Part shown: positions 49,203 to 58,045 of the stretch, one piece after another
Position numbering within the stretch: the stretch's first letter is position 1
How the letters are laid out: every line of letters starts with the position of its first letter
Assembly: GCA_947459215.1 (NCBI GenBank)
Contig: CANHCQ010000005.1
Coordinates: 83,467 to 147,466, forward strand
Length of the DNA: 64,000 nt
Direction: 5' to 3'
DNA from: Phycisphaerales bacterium
GTDB taxonomy: Bacteria; Planctomycetota; Phycisphaerae; Phycisphaerales; UBA1924
Translations under genes and position numbers: made by a program
The notes under the pieces: model-generated
What the model saw: the letters and a program-made list of their open reading frames with translations, nothing else
What the model was told of the DNA's origin: nothing
Database searches by the model: none

Positions 49203-49229
49203 GAAAGAGAAAAGGCCGCGAAAGCGGCC
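49203..49229 (-). terminator. Intrinsic terminator (minus-strand orientation; possibly bidirectional) between tRNA-Arg and the gene at 49275..49814
   Basis: ggccgc-gaaa-gcggcc, with a T-run on the minus strand (ttttctctttc). Confidence 0.45.
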
Positions 49230-49274
49230 TTGTGCTTCTGTATCCTGCGGTGAAGCGAAGCCGCAGACCTAGGG

Positions 49275-49814
49275 TCACTTCTTCTGCGATGCGTCCCACG
49301 CTTCCTGCATGAGGTTGTCGGGCGGCAATGGATTGAATCGACGCACGTTTCTGCCGCAATCCGGACATTTGGTCGGCGCATTGACGCCGAGCCGCTCATT
49401 CAAAATGACAAACGTTGGCGGGAACTTCGCCTTGCCGTCCTTGGTCCAGTAGCACGCCTCAGCCGGGTACAGCGTCCGCTTTCCCGTCTTCGGATTCTCG
49501 AAAGGCGACGACTCGGCGCTGGGCGTCGAGAAATCCTCGAAGACCTCACCGGTTTCCGAATCCTTCAACGTGGCCTTGCGTGATTGAGCCAGCGGACTCT
49601 CATTCCACGACTTGTACGCTGACAAGCTCACATAGCCCAGCACAGCCATCGAAAAAAGAAGCGCTCCTAGTCCAAGCATCAACTGCCGGGTGTTCTTTGA
49701 CCCTGCGCCCTTGCCTGCTCCCGCCTGCCCGGCCGCGGGTTTCTGGTCGGCGTCAAGGCCCTCCAGCAGCTTCGAGGATTCTGAAGTCCGACTCACTCGC
49801 GTCCTTTCGAGCAA
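49275..49814 (-). CDS. Small membrane-anchored hypothetical protein with Cys pairs (EACYW...CPDCGR), downstream of and probably co-transcribed with the DUF1559 gene
   Basis: TM segment LMLGLGALLFSMAVLGYVSL. 24-nt gap to the upstream gene. Lower GC than the surroundings. Confidence 0.45.
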   Translation of the reverse strand: MLERTRVSRTSESSKLLEGLDADQKPAAGQAGAGKGAGSKNTRQLMLGLGALLFSMAVLGYVSLSAYKSWNESPLAQSRKATLKDSETGEVFEDFSTPSAESSPFENPKTGKRTLYPAEACYWTKDGKAKFPPTFVILNERLGVNAPTKCPDCGRNVRRFNPLPPDNLMQEAWDASQKK

Positions 49815-49838
49815 AGGATTGAACTACTGCAGACTGAC

Positions 49839-50987
49839 TCAGGGCATCGTCACAGGGTTATTCGCGTTGATTCCTGTTGAGTAGGTCTTAAAGCGGGCTG
49901 CGGTGGTCTTCCACATCGCGAGGGCCTGTGTGACCCTTGTTCCCGTCGGGAAGAAGAACTCTGGATTCGTGGCGCTCAGATCATCGAGCAGCTCCACGTG
50001 CCCGTCGTAAAACGAGAGATTGCCGAGACACTGGACACCGCTGCGAACCGCAGCCTGTCCAGCCACAGGCTCTACCTTCCGCGAGCCGTGACGGAACGCC
50101 CAGAACCTAGCGTCAACGCGTCGATCCCACGTACCCGCCGATTCGCCAGGCGCCGCGTTGCGAGAGAACGACTTGGACTGGGCCCACCACGTACCCAGAT
50201 CAGAGAATGCACCCCCGTAGGTGCTTCTTCCGACTTCGCCCATCGCGTACCCGTAGCTCGGTGGATCGGCGGTCAACTGGCTCTCGGCATACCGGTGCGA
50301 CTCGTAGAACGCGACCTTTCTGCTCGCAGCACCAACACGAGAAAGCATCGGCTGATGGCCGCGCCGATCCTGTCCGGCGATGGGGCCGCCGCTGTTGGCA
50401 CCAGATCCTAAAACCGGCGCATCTTCGGTGCCAAGAAATGAAGTTACCCCCGAGTAGGAGAACATGCGTTTCTTCTTCCAGATCGCGGTCGCGACCGGGA
50501 AGGGATCGACTTCGAAATTATTCTCCGGGCAGTTCACACTGCTGACCTTGTCGTACCAGTAATAGCGCTCGGCACGCGTCTCTTCGTTCAACGCGGACTG
50601 CGAAGCGCCATCGCCCGGACCTCGCTGCCCGATGAAGCTCAGGAGCGGTCCGATCCAGTCCCATTCCTGGACCGCGAGGCCATTGAACCGCGGGCCGCTC
50701 AAGGTGGGCCTGTAGCCCTGACCGATGGCACCGACTACGCGACCCGTGGCGTCCCATCCGCTTGTGGAGGGCGATCCGGCGAGCCAGTCCTTGTTGTCGT
50801 TCGTATACGAGGTCTGCGCCAGCACCATCTGCCGCATGTTGTTCTGACAGATGATGTTCCTCGCCGTGCGCCGCGCCGCCCCCAGCGACGGCAGCAGGAT
50901 CGAGATCAACAGAGCGATGATCGCGATCGCGACCAATAGCTCGATCAACGTGAACCCGGTCGATGGTTTCCGGCCCTTGGTGTTCAT
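49839..50987 (-). CDS. DUF1559 / prepilin-type N-terminal cleavage-methylation domain protein (Planctomycete pseudopilin-like, H-X9-DG family)
   Basis: ATG at 50987 with an aggaa [64 protein letters not shown] is the hallmark N-terminus. C-terminal ...[11 protein letters not shown]. Confidence 0.8.
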   Translation of the reverse strand: MNTKGRKPSTGFTLIELLVAIAIIALLISILLPSLGAARRTARNIICQNNMRQMVLAQTSYTNDNKDWLAGSPSTSGWDATGRVVGAIGQGYRPTLSGPRFNGLAVQEWDWIGPLLSFIGQRGPGDGASQSALNEETRAERYYWYDKVSSVNCPENNFEVDPFPVATAIWKKKRMFSYSGVTSFLGTEDAPVLGSGANSGGPIAGQDRRGHQPMLSRVGAASRKVAFYESHRYAESQLTADPPSYGYAMGEVGRSTYGGAFSDLGTWWAQSKSFSRNAAPGESAGTWDRRVDARFWAFRHGSRKVEPVAGQAAVRSGVQCLGNLSFYDGHVELLDDLSATNPEFFFPTGTRVTQALAMWKTTAARFKTYSTGINANNPVTMP

Positions 50988-51610
50988 TCCTGATTCCCTT
51001 CCTTCACGGCCCTTTTCCTGGACCTTGCCTTTTTCTGGACTGGGCTTGATGCGTTGCTCGGCGGCACCTGCCGCGGGTTCTTTCTGCACACACCGCCTGC
51101 CGCGGATCGAGCGGGTGGCGGTTGATCGTTCTCAGTCGTGTCGAAGTGCGAAGACCCGAACAGGTTTGCGGCGGTGTTCCGTGCCTCGTCGGCCATGACG
51201 TGCGGCGCGTCCTCCTGACGTGGAGCGAGTGCTCATTGAGGCAGCATACCAGACGCTGAAGCGATACGTGATCGAGAAATATCCGAACAAAAACCGATTC
51301 CAAGCAAGTTCTTGAACTCTTGACGGTAGGCCGCAGGTGCTGGAAGAGCCTCGTAAACCGGTCTGACCCCGTCGATCTTTCGCGGTGTCTTCACAATCCG
51401 TGAGGGGACTTGTCAGGGTTCTGTCACCGGTCCCCATCTCTGGCCCTGAAAGCACGGCGGCAAGTCAGCAACGCAGTGCAAGCGGGAACAGGGTTCGGCA
51501 GCGACACTCGACGCAGCGGCGCGGCGATTCCGTCGGACGCCGCCGTCCTTTCCCCACCCCTTACCCCACCCCTCACCCCACCCAACCCGGCTTGTCCGGA
51601 GGAGAATCGG

Positions 51611-52531
51611 ATGCGTTGGAATACTCTGGTCGCCGTCGCAGGCGGACTGTGCATGATGGCCGCGGCCCACGCCGCCGAAATGCTGGTCTGTGGCTTCGGC
51701 AGCAACAAGGTCTATCGCTACAACATGTCCGGGTCACTCATCGGCACGCTGGACGTCGCCGGAAACCTCTCAGGCCCGCTATGCGCCCGCATGGGGCCCG
51801 ACGGCAAGATCTACGTCGTCAGCGAGGGCAACAACCGGATCGTGCGCTTCAGCGCCAGCACCGGGGCCTACATCGATGATTTCATCAGCGACGCCGGCAT
51901 GAACGCGCCGACCGGCATCACCTGGGACAAGGCCGGCAACGCCTATGTCGCCAGCTTCAACGGCAACAAGGTTCGCAAGTACAACACCAGCGGCGGGTTC
52001 GTGTCGGACTTCGTGACGGCCGGGAGCGGCACGCTCAGCGGCGCCGACAACGGCATCTCCTTCGGGCCAGACGGCCACCTGTACGTCCCCAGTTACAACA
52101 ACAACCGCGTGCTCAAATACAACGGCGTCACCGGTGCCTTCATCAGCTCGTTCATCCCCAGCATCGGACGCCCACGCACGTTCGAGTGGTTCAACGGCTC
52201 GCTCTACATCACCACCGAAACCGGCAACGCGGTCCAGAAGCGCAACGCCACCAACGGCGTGAACCAGGGCAACTTGGTCGCGGCCGGGTCGGGCGGTTTG
52301 CAGACTCCCATCGGGATGGCCTTCGGCGGAGATGGATTCCTGTACGTCACCTCGGCGAACAACAAGATCCTGAAGTACAACGCGACGACAGGCGCCTTCG
52401 TCGGCGTCTTCGCGGACGCGACGACATCGGACCTGAATCTCCCGGCCTTCATCACCATCATCCCGACCCCGAGTAGTGCGGTGGTGCTGTTGGCTTCGTC
52501 GCTGGCGATTGCAAGGCGGCGGCGGGGATGA
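51611..52531 (+). CDS. NHL-repeat beta-propeller protein with a PEP-CTERM-type C-terminal sorting signal (variant PTP motif)
   Basis: GGAG RBS before the ATG at 51611. Signal peptide MRWNTLVAVAGGLCMMAAAHA. Repeated ..G.IYV.S..NN.I.+YN..TG segments. C-terminus IPTPSSAVVLLASSLAIARRRRG (Pro-x-Pro, hydrophobic helix, Arg cluster). Confidence 0.7.
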   Translation: MRWNTLVAVAGGLCMMAAAHAAEMLVCGFGSNKVYRYNMSGSLIGTLDVAGNLSGPLCARMGPDGKIYVVSEGNNRIVRFSASTGAYIDDFISDAGMNAPTGITWDKAGNAYVASFNGNKVRKYNTSGGFVSDFVTAGSGTLSGADNGISFGPDGHLYVPSYNNNRVLKYNGVTGAFISSFIPSIGRPRTFEWFNGSLYITTETGNAVQKRNATNGVNQGNLVAAGSGGLQTPIGMAFGGDGFLYVTSANNKILKYNATTGAFVGVFADATTSDLNLPAFITIIPTPSSAVVLLASSLAIARRRRG

Positions 52532-52835
52532 AAGACTGTTTCCGAAAGACTCGTCCGAGCCTCCTCTCCCCGCTCGCGGGGAGAGGACCGCTTCGCCAGC
52601 GGCGAAGCAGGTGAGGGGACTGCGGGTGCCTGATCGCTCTGCGCCACGTATCCGCAAGACCCCTCCCCGGTCTCGCTGCGCTCGACCACCCCTCCCCGCT
52701 TCGCGGGGCGGGGTGGCGCACACGCTTCTACTGAAGCCGCCTCTCACGCGAACAGGGATGTCCGACGATCTCACGAAAAAGAAAACTGGAACCTTTCCGC
52801 CTCTAGTGTTGTCATGACGACGAGATACCCGGGCT

Positions 52836-52864
52836 GCGCCGGGGCCTGGAAGGCCCCGCCCCCA
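52836..52864. repeat. GC-rich palindromic motif (REP-like), copy 2
   Basis: gcgccggggcctggaaggccccgccccca. The same 24-nt core as the reverse complement of 43623..43652. Lies in the convergent region between the PEP-CTERM gene and the tricorn gene, which also holds further GC hairpins (ctctccccgctcgcggggagag, cgcttcgccagcggcgaagcg). Confidence 0.5.
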
Positions 52865-52915
52865 GCCCAACCCACGCATCGTCCGCAAACTTCAGCCCCC
52901 ACCCCTTCCCACTCC

Positions 52916-55900
52916 TCACCGATTGTTGTCAAAGCTCTTGTCAGGCCACTTCGGAGCCTTCGCGTCCGGCAGCGGCTTGGCCGCGATCGTCTCCTGCAGG
53001 TGCTTGATCGCCGCGGCAAGCTGAGCGTCTTCGCCCTTGAAGGTGGCGTGCGGCAGATTGTCCACGATCATGTCGGGGTCCACGCCGTGGCCCTCGATCA
53101 GCCAGATGTTCTTGCCGTCGCCATCCGGTCCAAAGACGCCGGTCTCGCCGGCAGTCGAGACGCCGTTGTCAGTCAGGCGATTGCCCGAGCTGAGCCAGAC
53201 CTCGCCGCCCCAGGTGCGCATGCCGATCACCTTGCCGAGGCCAAGGCGCCGGAAGCCATCGGCGAAGGCCTCGCCGTCGGAGGCGGTGAACTGATCGCAC
53301 AGCACGACCATGTGGCCGCGGAACGCGAGCTGCATGTTCCAGCTCGATTCGTCGCTGACTCGCGACGCCCAGTACATCCACGGCTTGCGGATCAACTGGC
53401 CGAGGATCCAACTATCGATATTGCCGCCGGTGTTGCGGCGGACATCGACGATGAGGCCCTTGCGGTTGTAGACGGGGAAGAAGTTCTTCGTCCAGCGGGT
53501 GATCTCGCCGCCGCCCATGTTGCGGAGGTGGACGTACCCGAGCTCGCCCTTGCCCTGTTCCTCGACGATCTTGCGCCGGGTGTACTGCCACTCGGTGTAA
53601 CGCATGTCCGCCGCGTCACCCATGTTGACGGGCACGACGATCACGTCCCGAGCATCGCCCCCGTTGGCGGGCTTGACGCGGAGCAGCACCTGCTGCCCGG
53701 CCTTCCCGCGAAGGAGGGCCGCGGGCTCGGCCGCGAGCACCGGCACGCCGTTGATCGACTCGATGATGTCGCCAGCGACCACATCAACACCCGGACGAGC
53801 CAGCGGCGGCACAGCACCGGGCTCATCGGGATCGAAGTCGTACACACGCTCAACCCGGTAGCCCGCCGCGTCGCGGACCAGTTCCGCACCAAGCGAGGCG
53901 ATCGCGACATCGTCCGAAGGCCCACGGGTATCGCCGCCCTGCACGAAGTGGTGCAGGGTGGAGAGCTCACCCGAGAGCTGGCCAAAGACATCATTCAGCT
54001 CGGCACGGGTGCGGACTCGCTCCACCAGCGGCGCGTACTTGTCGCGCATCTTGTTCCAGTTCACGCCGTGCATGTTGGGGGCGTAGAAGTAATCGCGGAG
54101 CAGGCGCCACGCGTCGGTGTACATCTGCCGCCATTCCTTGACGGGCGTGAGGCTGAATCGCCACTTGGAGAGATCGACGCCCTTGCCGTCCATCTCGGCC
54201 GGCGCGGCGTTGGCGTCCACGATCGAGAAGGCGTCCCGCTTGCGGATGACGAGCTTCTTGCGATCGAGCGAAAGGTCGTAGGAATTGATATCGGCGGCAA
54301 CGGTCTTGGTCTCGATCTTCTCGTTGCCGATTGGCAGTGCGAGCAGATTGCTCTTGGTCTCGGTGCCGCGGACGACATCGACGAAGAACAGGGCCTTGTC
54401 GGTGATGGTGAGACCGAAGTAGTTGCCGTTGGTGAAGGGCACTTCCTCGATGCGGGCGGCGATGCCGTCGAGATCGATCACGACGTCGGGGACTTTCTTC
54501 TCGTCCTTCTTAACGTCCTTGGTCGAGTCCTTCTTGTCTTCGCCCTTCGGGTCATCCTTCTTGGGCTCGTCCTTCTTCTCGCCGGTGATCTCGGGCTTCG
54601 TGTCGGGCTTCGTGTCGGGTTTGGTGTCGGGCTTCTTCTCTTCCTTCTTGTCGTCCTTCTTCTCGTCCTTGGCGGGCGCGAGCTCGTCGCTCGGCCGCCA
54701 CGGCGAGCGCTCGCCCTTCTTGCACGCGATCAGGTACAGCTTCGACTTGCGGTCAAAGTACGGCTGAGGCGCCAGGGCGCCCCACGGGCTGCCGACCGAT
54801 GACACGATGTGCCGGTCGGAGATGAAGTAGATCCACTTGCCGTCCGGCGTGAACTGCGGCGAGTAGCTGTTGAAACGATCGGTCGTCAGGTCCGTGATCT
54901 GCCCGGTCGCGATCGAGTAGAGCTTGATCTGCCCGTTCGCGTTCGCGGCTGATTCGCTGAACAGCAGCCACTTCGAGTCCGGCGACCACGACAGATCGCT
55001 CGGCTGCTCGAACTTGTTCTGCAGCACCTGCTTGGTGGACTTGTCCTCGAGGTTGGTGATGTAGAGCTTCTGGTTCTTGTCAACGTGCGCGACGAGCTTG
55101 CCGTCGGGGCTTGGCAGCATGTCGAAGCGGAGGATCGAGCCGTCGGTGGTGATCTGCGTCGCCTCGCCGACGCCGTTGGCCGGGACCTTCCAGATCTCGA
55201 CCTCGCCGGACTGATCCGAGTACGCGAGCATCGACTTGCCGTCGGGCAGGAAGACCGGGCGGCGATAGCGGATGCCGCTGTTCCTGGTAACGTCGACGAA
55301 GCGGCCTTGCTTCGCCGGCGCAACAAACACCTGCCCGCGAGCGGCAAGCGCGAGCCGATCGCCGCTGGGCGAGAGCGACCACTCGCTGATCGAGCCCGCC
55401 GGGTTCTTGATCCATTGCTCGCGCATCTGGTCAAAGTCGCTCGCGAGCGAGATGTCGACGGGCGCGTTCTTGCCCGCGGCGAGATCGAGCAACCAGATAT
55501 CCGCTCCGTGCTGATACACGATGCGCCCGCCGCCGAGATCGGGGCTGGCGATGTCGTACTCGGCGTGCTTGGTGTGCTGCTGCAGGTCCTTCCCGCTCGG
55601 GTTCATGGACCAGATGTTCATCATCCCGTCGCGGTCGGTGGCGAAGTAGACGCGGCCGTTCCAGACCATCGCGTCCTTGCTGGTGCCGGCAAAGTCCGTC
55701 GTCAGCGGCGAAGCCTCCGCGTCGCCGTCGCTGAACTTCCAGAGCTGCTGGATGAAGCCGCCCTTGTAGCGCTTGGTGAACGAGCCCTGGAAGGGCAGGC
55801 GGGTGAAGAAGAGCGTCTTGCCGTCGGCGGCGTACGCGCCCTGATCGGCCTCGTAGAGCGGCACGCGGGTGCGGGCACCGTCGCCGCTCAGCACCACAAG

Positions 55901-56326
55901 CTGCGACGAGGGCAGCGTCGCGTGCTCGCGGGTGGAGAACAGCACCTTGCCATCGGGCGTCCAGCCGACGTATCCCATGCGTGCCGCCCCGAACGTGCGG
56001 CGAGTCGGCAAGCCGCCCTCGAGGGGCATCGTGTAGATCTCGGTCGGGCCTTCGTATTGGCCCATGAACGCGACGGTCTTGCCATCGGGCGAGATGGCGG
56101 GGTTGGTCTCGTCGCCGGTGCCGGTCGTGAGACGGGTGGCGACGCCACCGGTTGAGGCGACCTTCCAGAGATCACCTTCGCTGACAAAGACGATGGTGTC
56201 GCCGTGGATGGCGGGCTGGCGGTAGTAGCCCTTGGTCTGGGGGACGGTGTCGGCTGCAAGGGCCGAGCCAGCAAGAGCAAAGACGAGCGACGCGGTGAGC
56301 CGAGTGGTGAAAGAGCGAGATCGCAT
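52916..56326 (-). CDS. Tricorn protease homolog (beta-propellers + PDZ + S41 peptidase) with a K/D/E-rich internal insertion
   Basis: ATG at 56326 preceded by GGAGG. Signal peptide MRSRSFTTRLTASLVFALAGSALA. TolB-like repeats (PAISPDGKTVAF, WTPDGKVLFS, SPDGKLVAHV, SPDSKWLLF). PDZ-like segment (VVAGDIIESINGVPV). C-terminal S41 domain. Insert KDEKKDDKKEEKKPDTKPDTKPDTKPEITGEKKDEPKKDDPKGEDKKDSTKDVKKDEKK. Confidence 0.75.
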   Translation of the reverse strand: MRSRSFTTRLTASLVFALAGSALAADTVPQTKGYYRQPAIHGDTIVFVSEGDLWKVASTGGVATRLTTGTGDETNPAISPDGKTVAFMGQYEGPTEIYTMPLEGGLPTRRTFGAARMGYVGWTPDGKVLFSTREHATLPSSQLVVLSGDGARTRVPLYEADQGAYAADGKTLFFTRLPFQGSFTKRYKGGFIQQLWKFSDGDAEASPLTTDFAGTSKDAMVWNGRVYFATDRDGMMNIWSMNPSGKDLQQHTKHAEYDIASPDLGGGRIVYQHGADIWLLDLAAGKNAPVDISLASDFDQMREQWIKNPAGSISEWSLSPSGDRLALAARGQVFVAPAKQGRFVDVTRNSGIRYRRPVFLPDGKSMLAYSDQSGEVEIWKVPANGVGEATQITTDGSILRFDMLPSPDGKLVAHVDKNQKLYITNLEDKSTKQVLQNKFEQPSDLSWSPDSKWLLFSESAANANGQIKLYSIATGQITDLTTDRFNSYSPQFTPDGKWIYFISDRHIVSSVGSPWGALAPQPYFDRKSKLYLIACKKGERSPWRPSDELAPAKDEKKDDKKEEKKPDTKPDTKPDTKPEITGEKKDEPKKDDPKGEDKKDSTKDVKKDEKKVPDVVIDLDGIAARIEEVPFTNGNYFGLTITDKALFFVDVVRGTETKSNLLALPIGNEKIETKTVAADINSYDLSLDRKKLVIRKRDAFSIVDANAAPAEMDGKGVDLSKWRFSLTPVKEWRQMYTDAWRLLRDYFYAPNMHGVNWNKMRDKYAPLVERVRTRAELNDVFGQLSGELSTLHHFVQGGDTRGPSDDVAIASLGAELVRDAAGYRVERVYDFDPDEPGAVPPLARPGVDVVAGDIIESINGVPVLAAEPAALLRGKAGQQVLLRVKPANGGDARDVIVVPVNMGDAADMRYTEWQYTRRKIVEEQGKGELGYVHLRNMGGGEITRWTKNFFPVYNRKGLIVDVRRNTGGNIDSWILGQLIRKPWMYWASRVSDESSWNMQLAFRGHMVVLCDQFTASDGEAFADGFRRLGLGKVIGMRTWGGEVWLSSGNRLTDNGVSTAGETGVFGPDGDGKNIWLIEGHGVDPDMIVDNLPHATFKGEDAQLAAAIKHLQETIAAKPLPDAKAPKWPDKSFDNNR
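54591..54638. repeat. 12-bp tandem repeat x4 inside the tricorn gene, encoding the (KPDT)n stretch
   Basis: tcgggcttcgtg tcgggcttcgtg tcgggtttggtg tcgggcttcttc. Confidence 0.7.
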
Positions 56327-56388
56327 GCGGGAACCTCCGGGAGGGACAGGATACCGCAATCGTCCGTCGCGAGTTGCGGCCGCACGGC

Positions 56389-57129
56389 TTAAGGCGTCGC
56401 CTGAGAGTCGCCCCGCACAATCACCACCCGCGGCTTCTTCGCTGGGTCGAGCGTCGCCAGCAGCCAATCCAGATCGTCCTTCTCGAACCCGATGCACCCG
56501 AGCGTTCCCGCGCCATCGGGATGAGCACGGTGGATGAAGATCGCGCTTCCCTTCCCCGGCACGGCTGGCCAGCGGTTGTAATCGACGACGATGCAGACCC
56601 GCATCAACTCGCTGTCGGCCCCGAGCCGCTCGGTCAGGCCTTTGGCAGCATCGCCGCTGACCCACTGGTTGTACGTCGGCGAGTCGGGCCGTTCGTCCCA
56701 GGCGTCGTTGTCGGTGGCTTGGCGGTACGCAATCTTCGTGTTCACCACCGGATCGCGGCCCAGCGCCTCGGTGAGCGTGTACGAGCCGCTGGGAGTCATC
56801 TTGTCGCCCTCGACCTTCTCGCCAGGGCGGGCGACGCCGTTGGCGCCGACGGAGCAGGCGATGGGGCCACGCGTGACGGACCAGGACTCAGCCGCTGCGC
56901 GCTCCAACAGCCATGCCGTTGCGTGGCGCTGCTGCGGCGAAGGCTCATTGATGACCAACAGACACTGACGAGAATCAGCAAGCGCCTGCTCTTGTCGGCC
57001 GACGATCGACGCCGCATCCGCGTTCCAGGCGGCTCGATCGACTCGTGCGCCACAGCCACCCGCCCCGACCGACACCGCCGCGCTAAGCACCCCGTATGCA
57101 AACGAACGCAGCGTCCGTGCAATGCCCAT
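56389..57129 (-). CDS. L,D-transpeptidase (YkuD domain) lipoprotein
   Basis: Catalytic GSAIFIHRAHPDGAGTLGCIGF (His...Cys motif). N-terminal signal with a Cys (VGAGGCG). Confidence 0.75.
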   Translation of the reverse strand: MGIARTLRSFAYGVLSAAVSVGAGGCGARVDRAAWNADAASIVGRQEQALADSRQCLLVINEPSPQQRHATAWLLERAAAESWSVTRGPIACSVGANGVARPGEKVEGDKMTPSGSYTLTEALGRDPVVNTKIAYRQATDNDAWDERPDSPTYNQWVSGDAAKGLTERLGADSELMRVCIVVDYNRWPAVPGKGSAIFIHRAHPDGAGTLGCIGFEKDDLDWLLATLDPAKKPRVVIVRGDSQATP

Positions 57130-57189
57130 GTTCAGCCTCCGCGTCCCTCCGCCCTCTCCGCCCCTCCGCGTTCTCTCTATTCCACCAGC

Positions 57190-57978
57190 TCACTCAAACC
57201 GCAGATGCTTCACGCTCTCCCCGCTGTCGCGCAGGTCGATGAGCGCGTCGATCCCGATCTGCAGGTGCTTCTCGACGAACGACTCCGTGACAGCCTTGTC
57301 GCTCTCGCCGGTCTTGACGCCGTCCGGGGTCATGGGGTTGTCGCTCACGAGCAGCAGCGCACCCTTGGGGATCGAGTTGGCAAACCCGACGAGGAAGATC
57401 GTCGCCGTCTCCATGTCGATGCCGATGCAGCGGATCTGGCGGAGGTAGTCCTTGAACTTCTCGTCGTGCTCCCAGACGCGGCGGTTGGTGGTGTACACGC
57501 TGCCGGTCCAGTAGTCGCAGCCGTGCTCCACGATCGCCGCGCTGACGGCACGCTGGAGCCGGAACGACGGCAGCGCCGGCACCTCCGGCGGCAGGTATTC
57601 ATTGCTCGTTCCCTCGCCGCGGATGGCGGCGATCGGCAGCACGAAGTCGCCGAGTTTGGTCTTCTTCAGCCCGCCGCACTTGCCGAGGAAGAGCACGGCT
57701 TTGGGCTCGATGGCGCTGAGCAGGTCCATCGTGGTGGCCGCCATCGCACTACCCATGCCGAAGTTCATGATGGTGATGCCGGCCGCGGGCGTGCCGGGAG
57801 CGCCGGTGGCCGACTGCATCGGGCGATCACGCCCGACGACGGGCACGCCAAAGCGCTCGGCGAATTTTTCGACGTAGTTGGTGAAGTTCGTGAGGAGGAT
57901 GTACTCCCCCCACTGATCGACCGCTCGCCCGGTGTACCGGGGCAGCCAGTCACGCACGATGTCGGATTTGGATTTCAT
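57190..57978 (-). CDS. Nucleoside phosphorylase family protein (AMP nucleosidase-like, PNP_UDP_1 fold)
   Basis: GITIMNFGMGSAMAATTMDLL, LGKCGGL, and IGIDMETATIF are characteristic of the PNP/UDP phosphorylase/AMP nucleosidase catalytic domain. Confidence 0.65.
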   Translation of the reverse strand: MKSKSDIVRDWLPRYTGRAVDQWGEYILLTNFTNYVEKFAERFGVPVVGRDRPMQSATGAPGTPAAGITIMNFGMGSAMAATTMDLLSAIEPKAVLFLGKCGGLKKTKLGDFVLPIAAIRGEGTSNEYLPPEVPALPSFRLQRAVSAAIVEHGCDYWTGSVYTTNRRVWEHDEKFKDYLRQIRCIGIDMETATIFLVGFANSIPKGALLLVSDNPMTPDGVKTGESDKAVTESFVEKHLQIGIDALIDLRDSGESVKHLRFE

Positions 57979-58045
57979 CGCTGACGCACAGCATATCCGG
58001 CTGAACGGGCGCTCGCGTCAGGACCTCGTACACAGACCGACGTGT

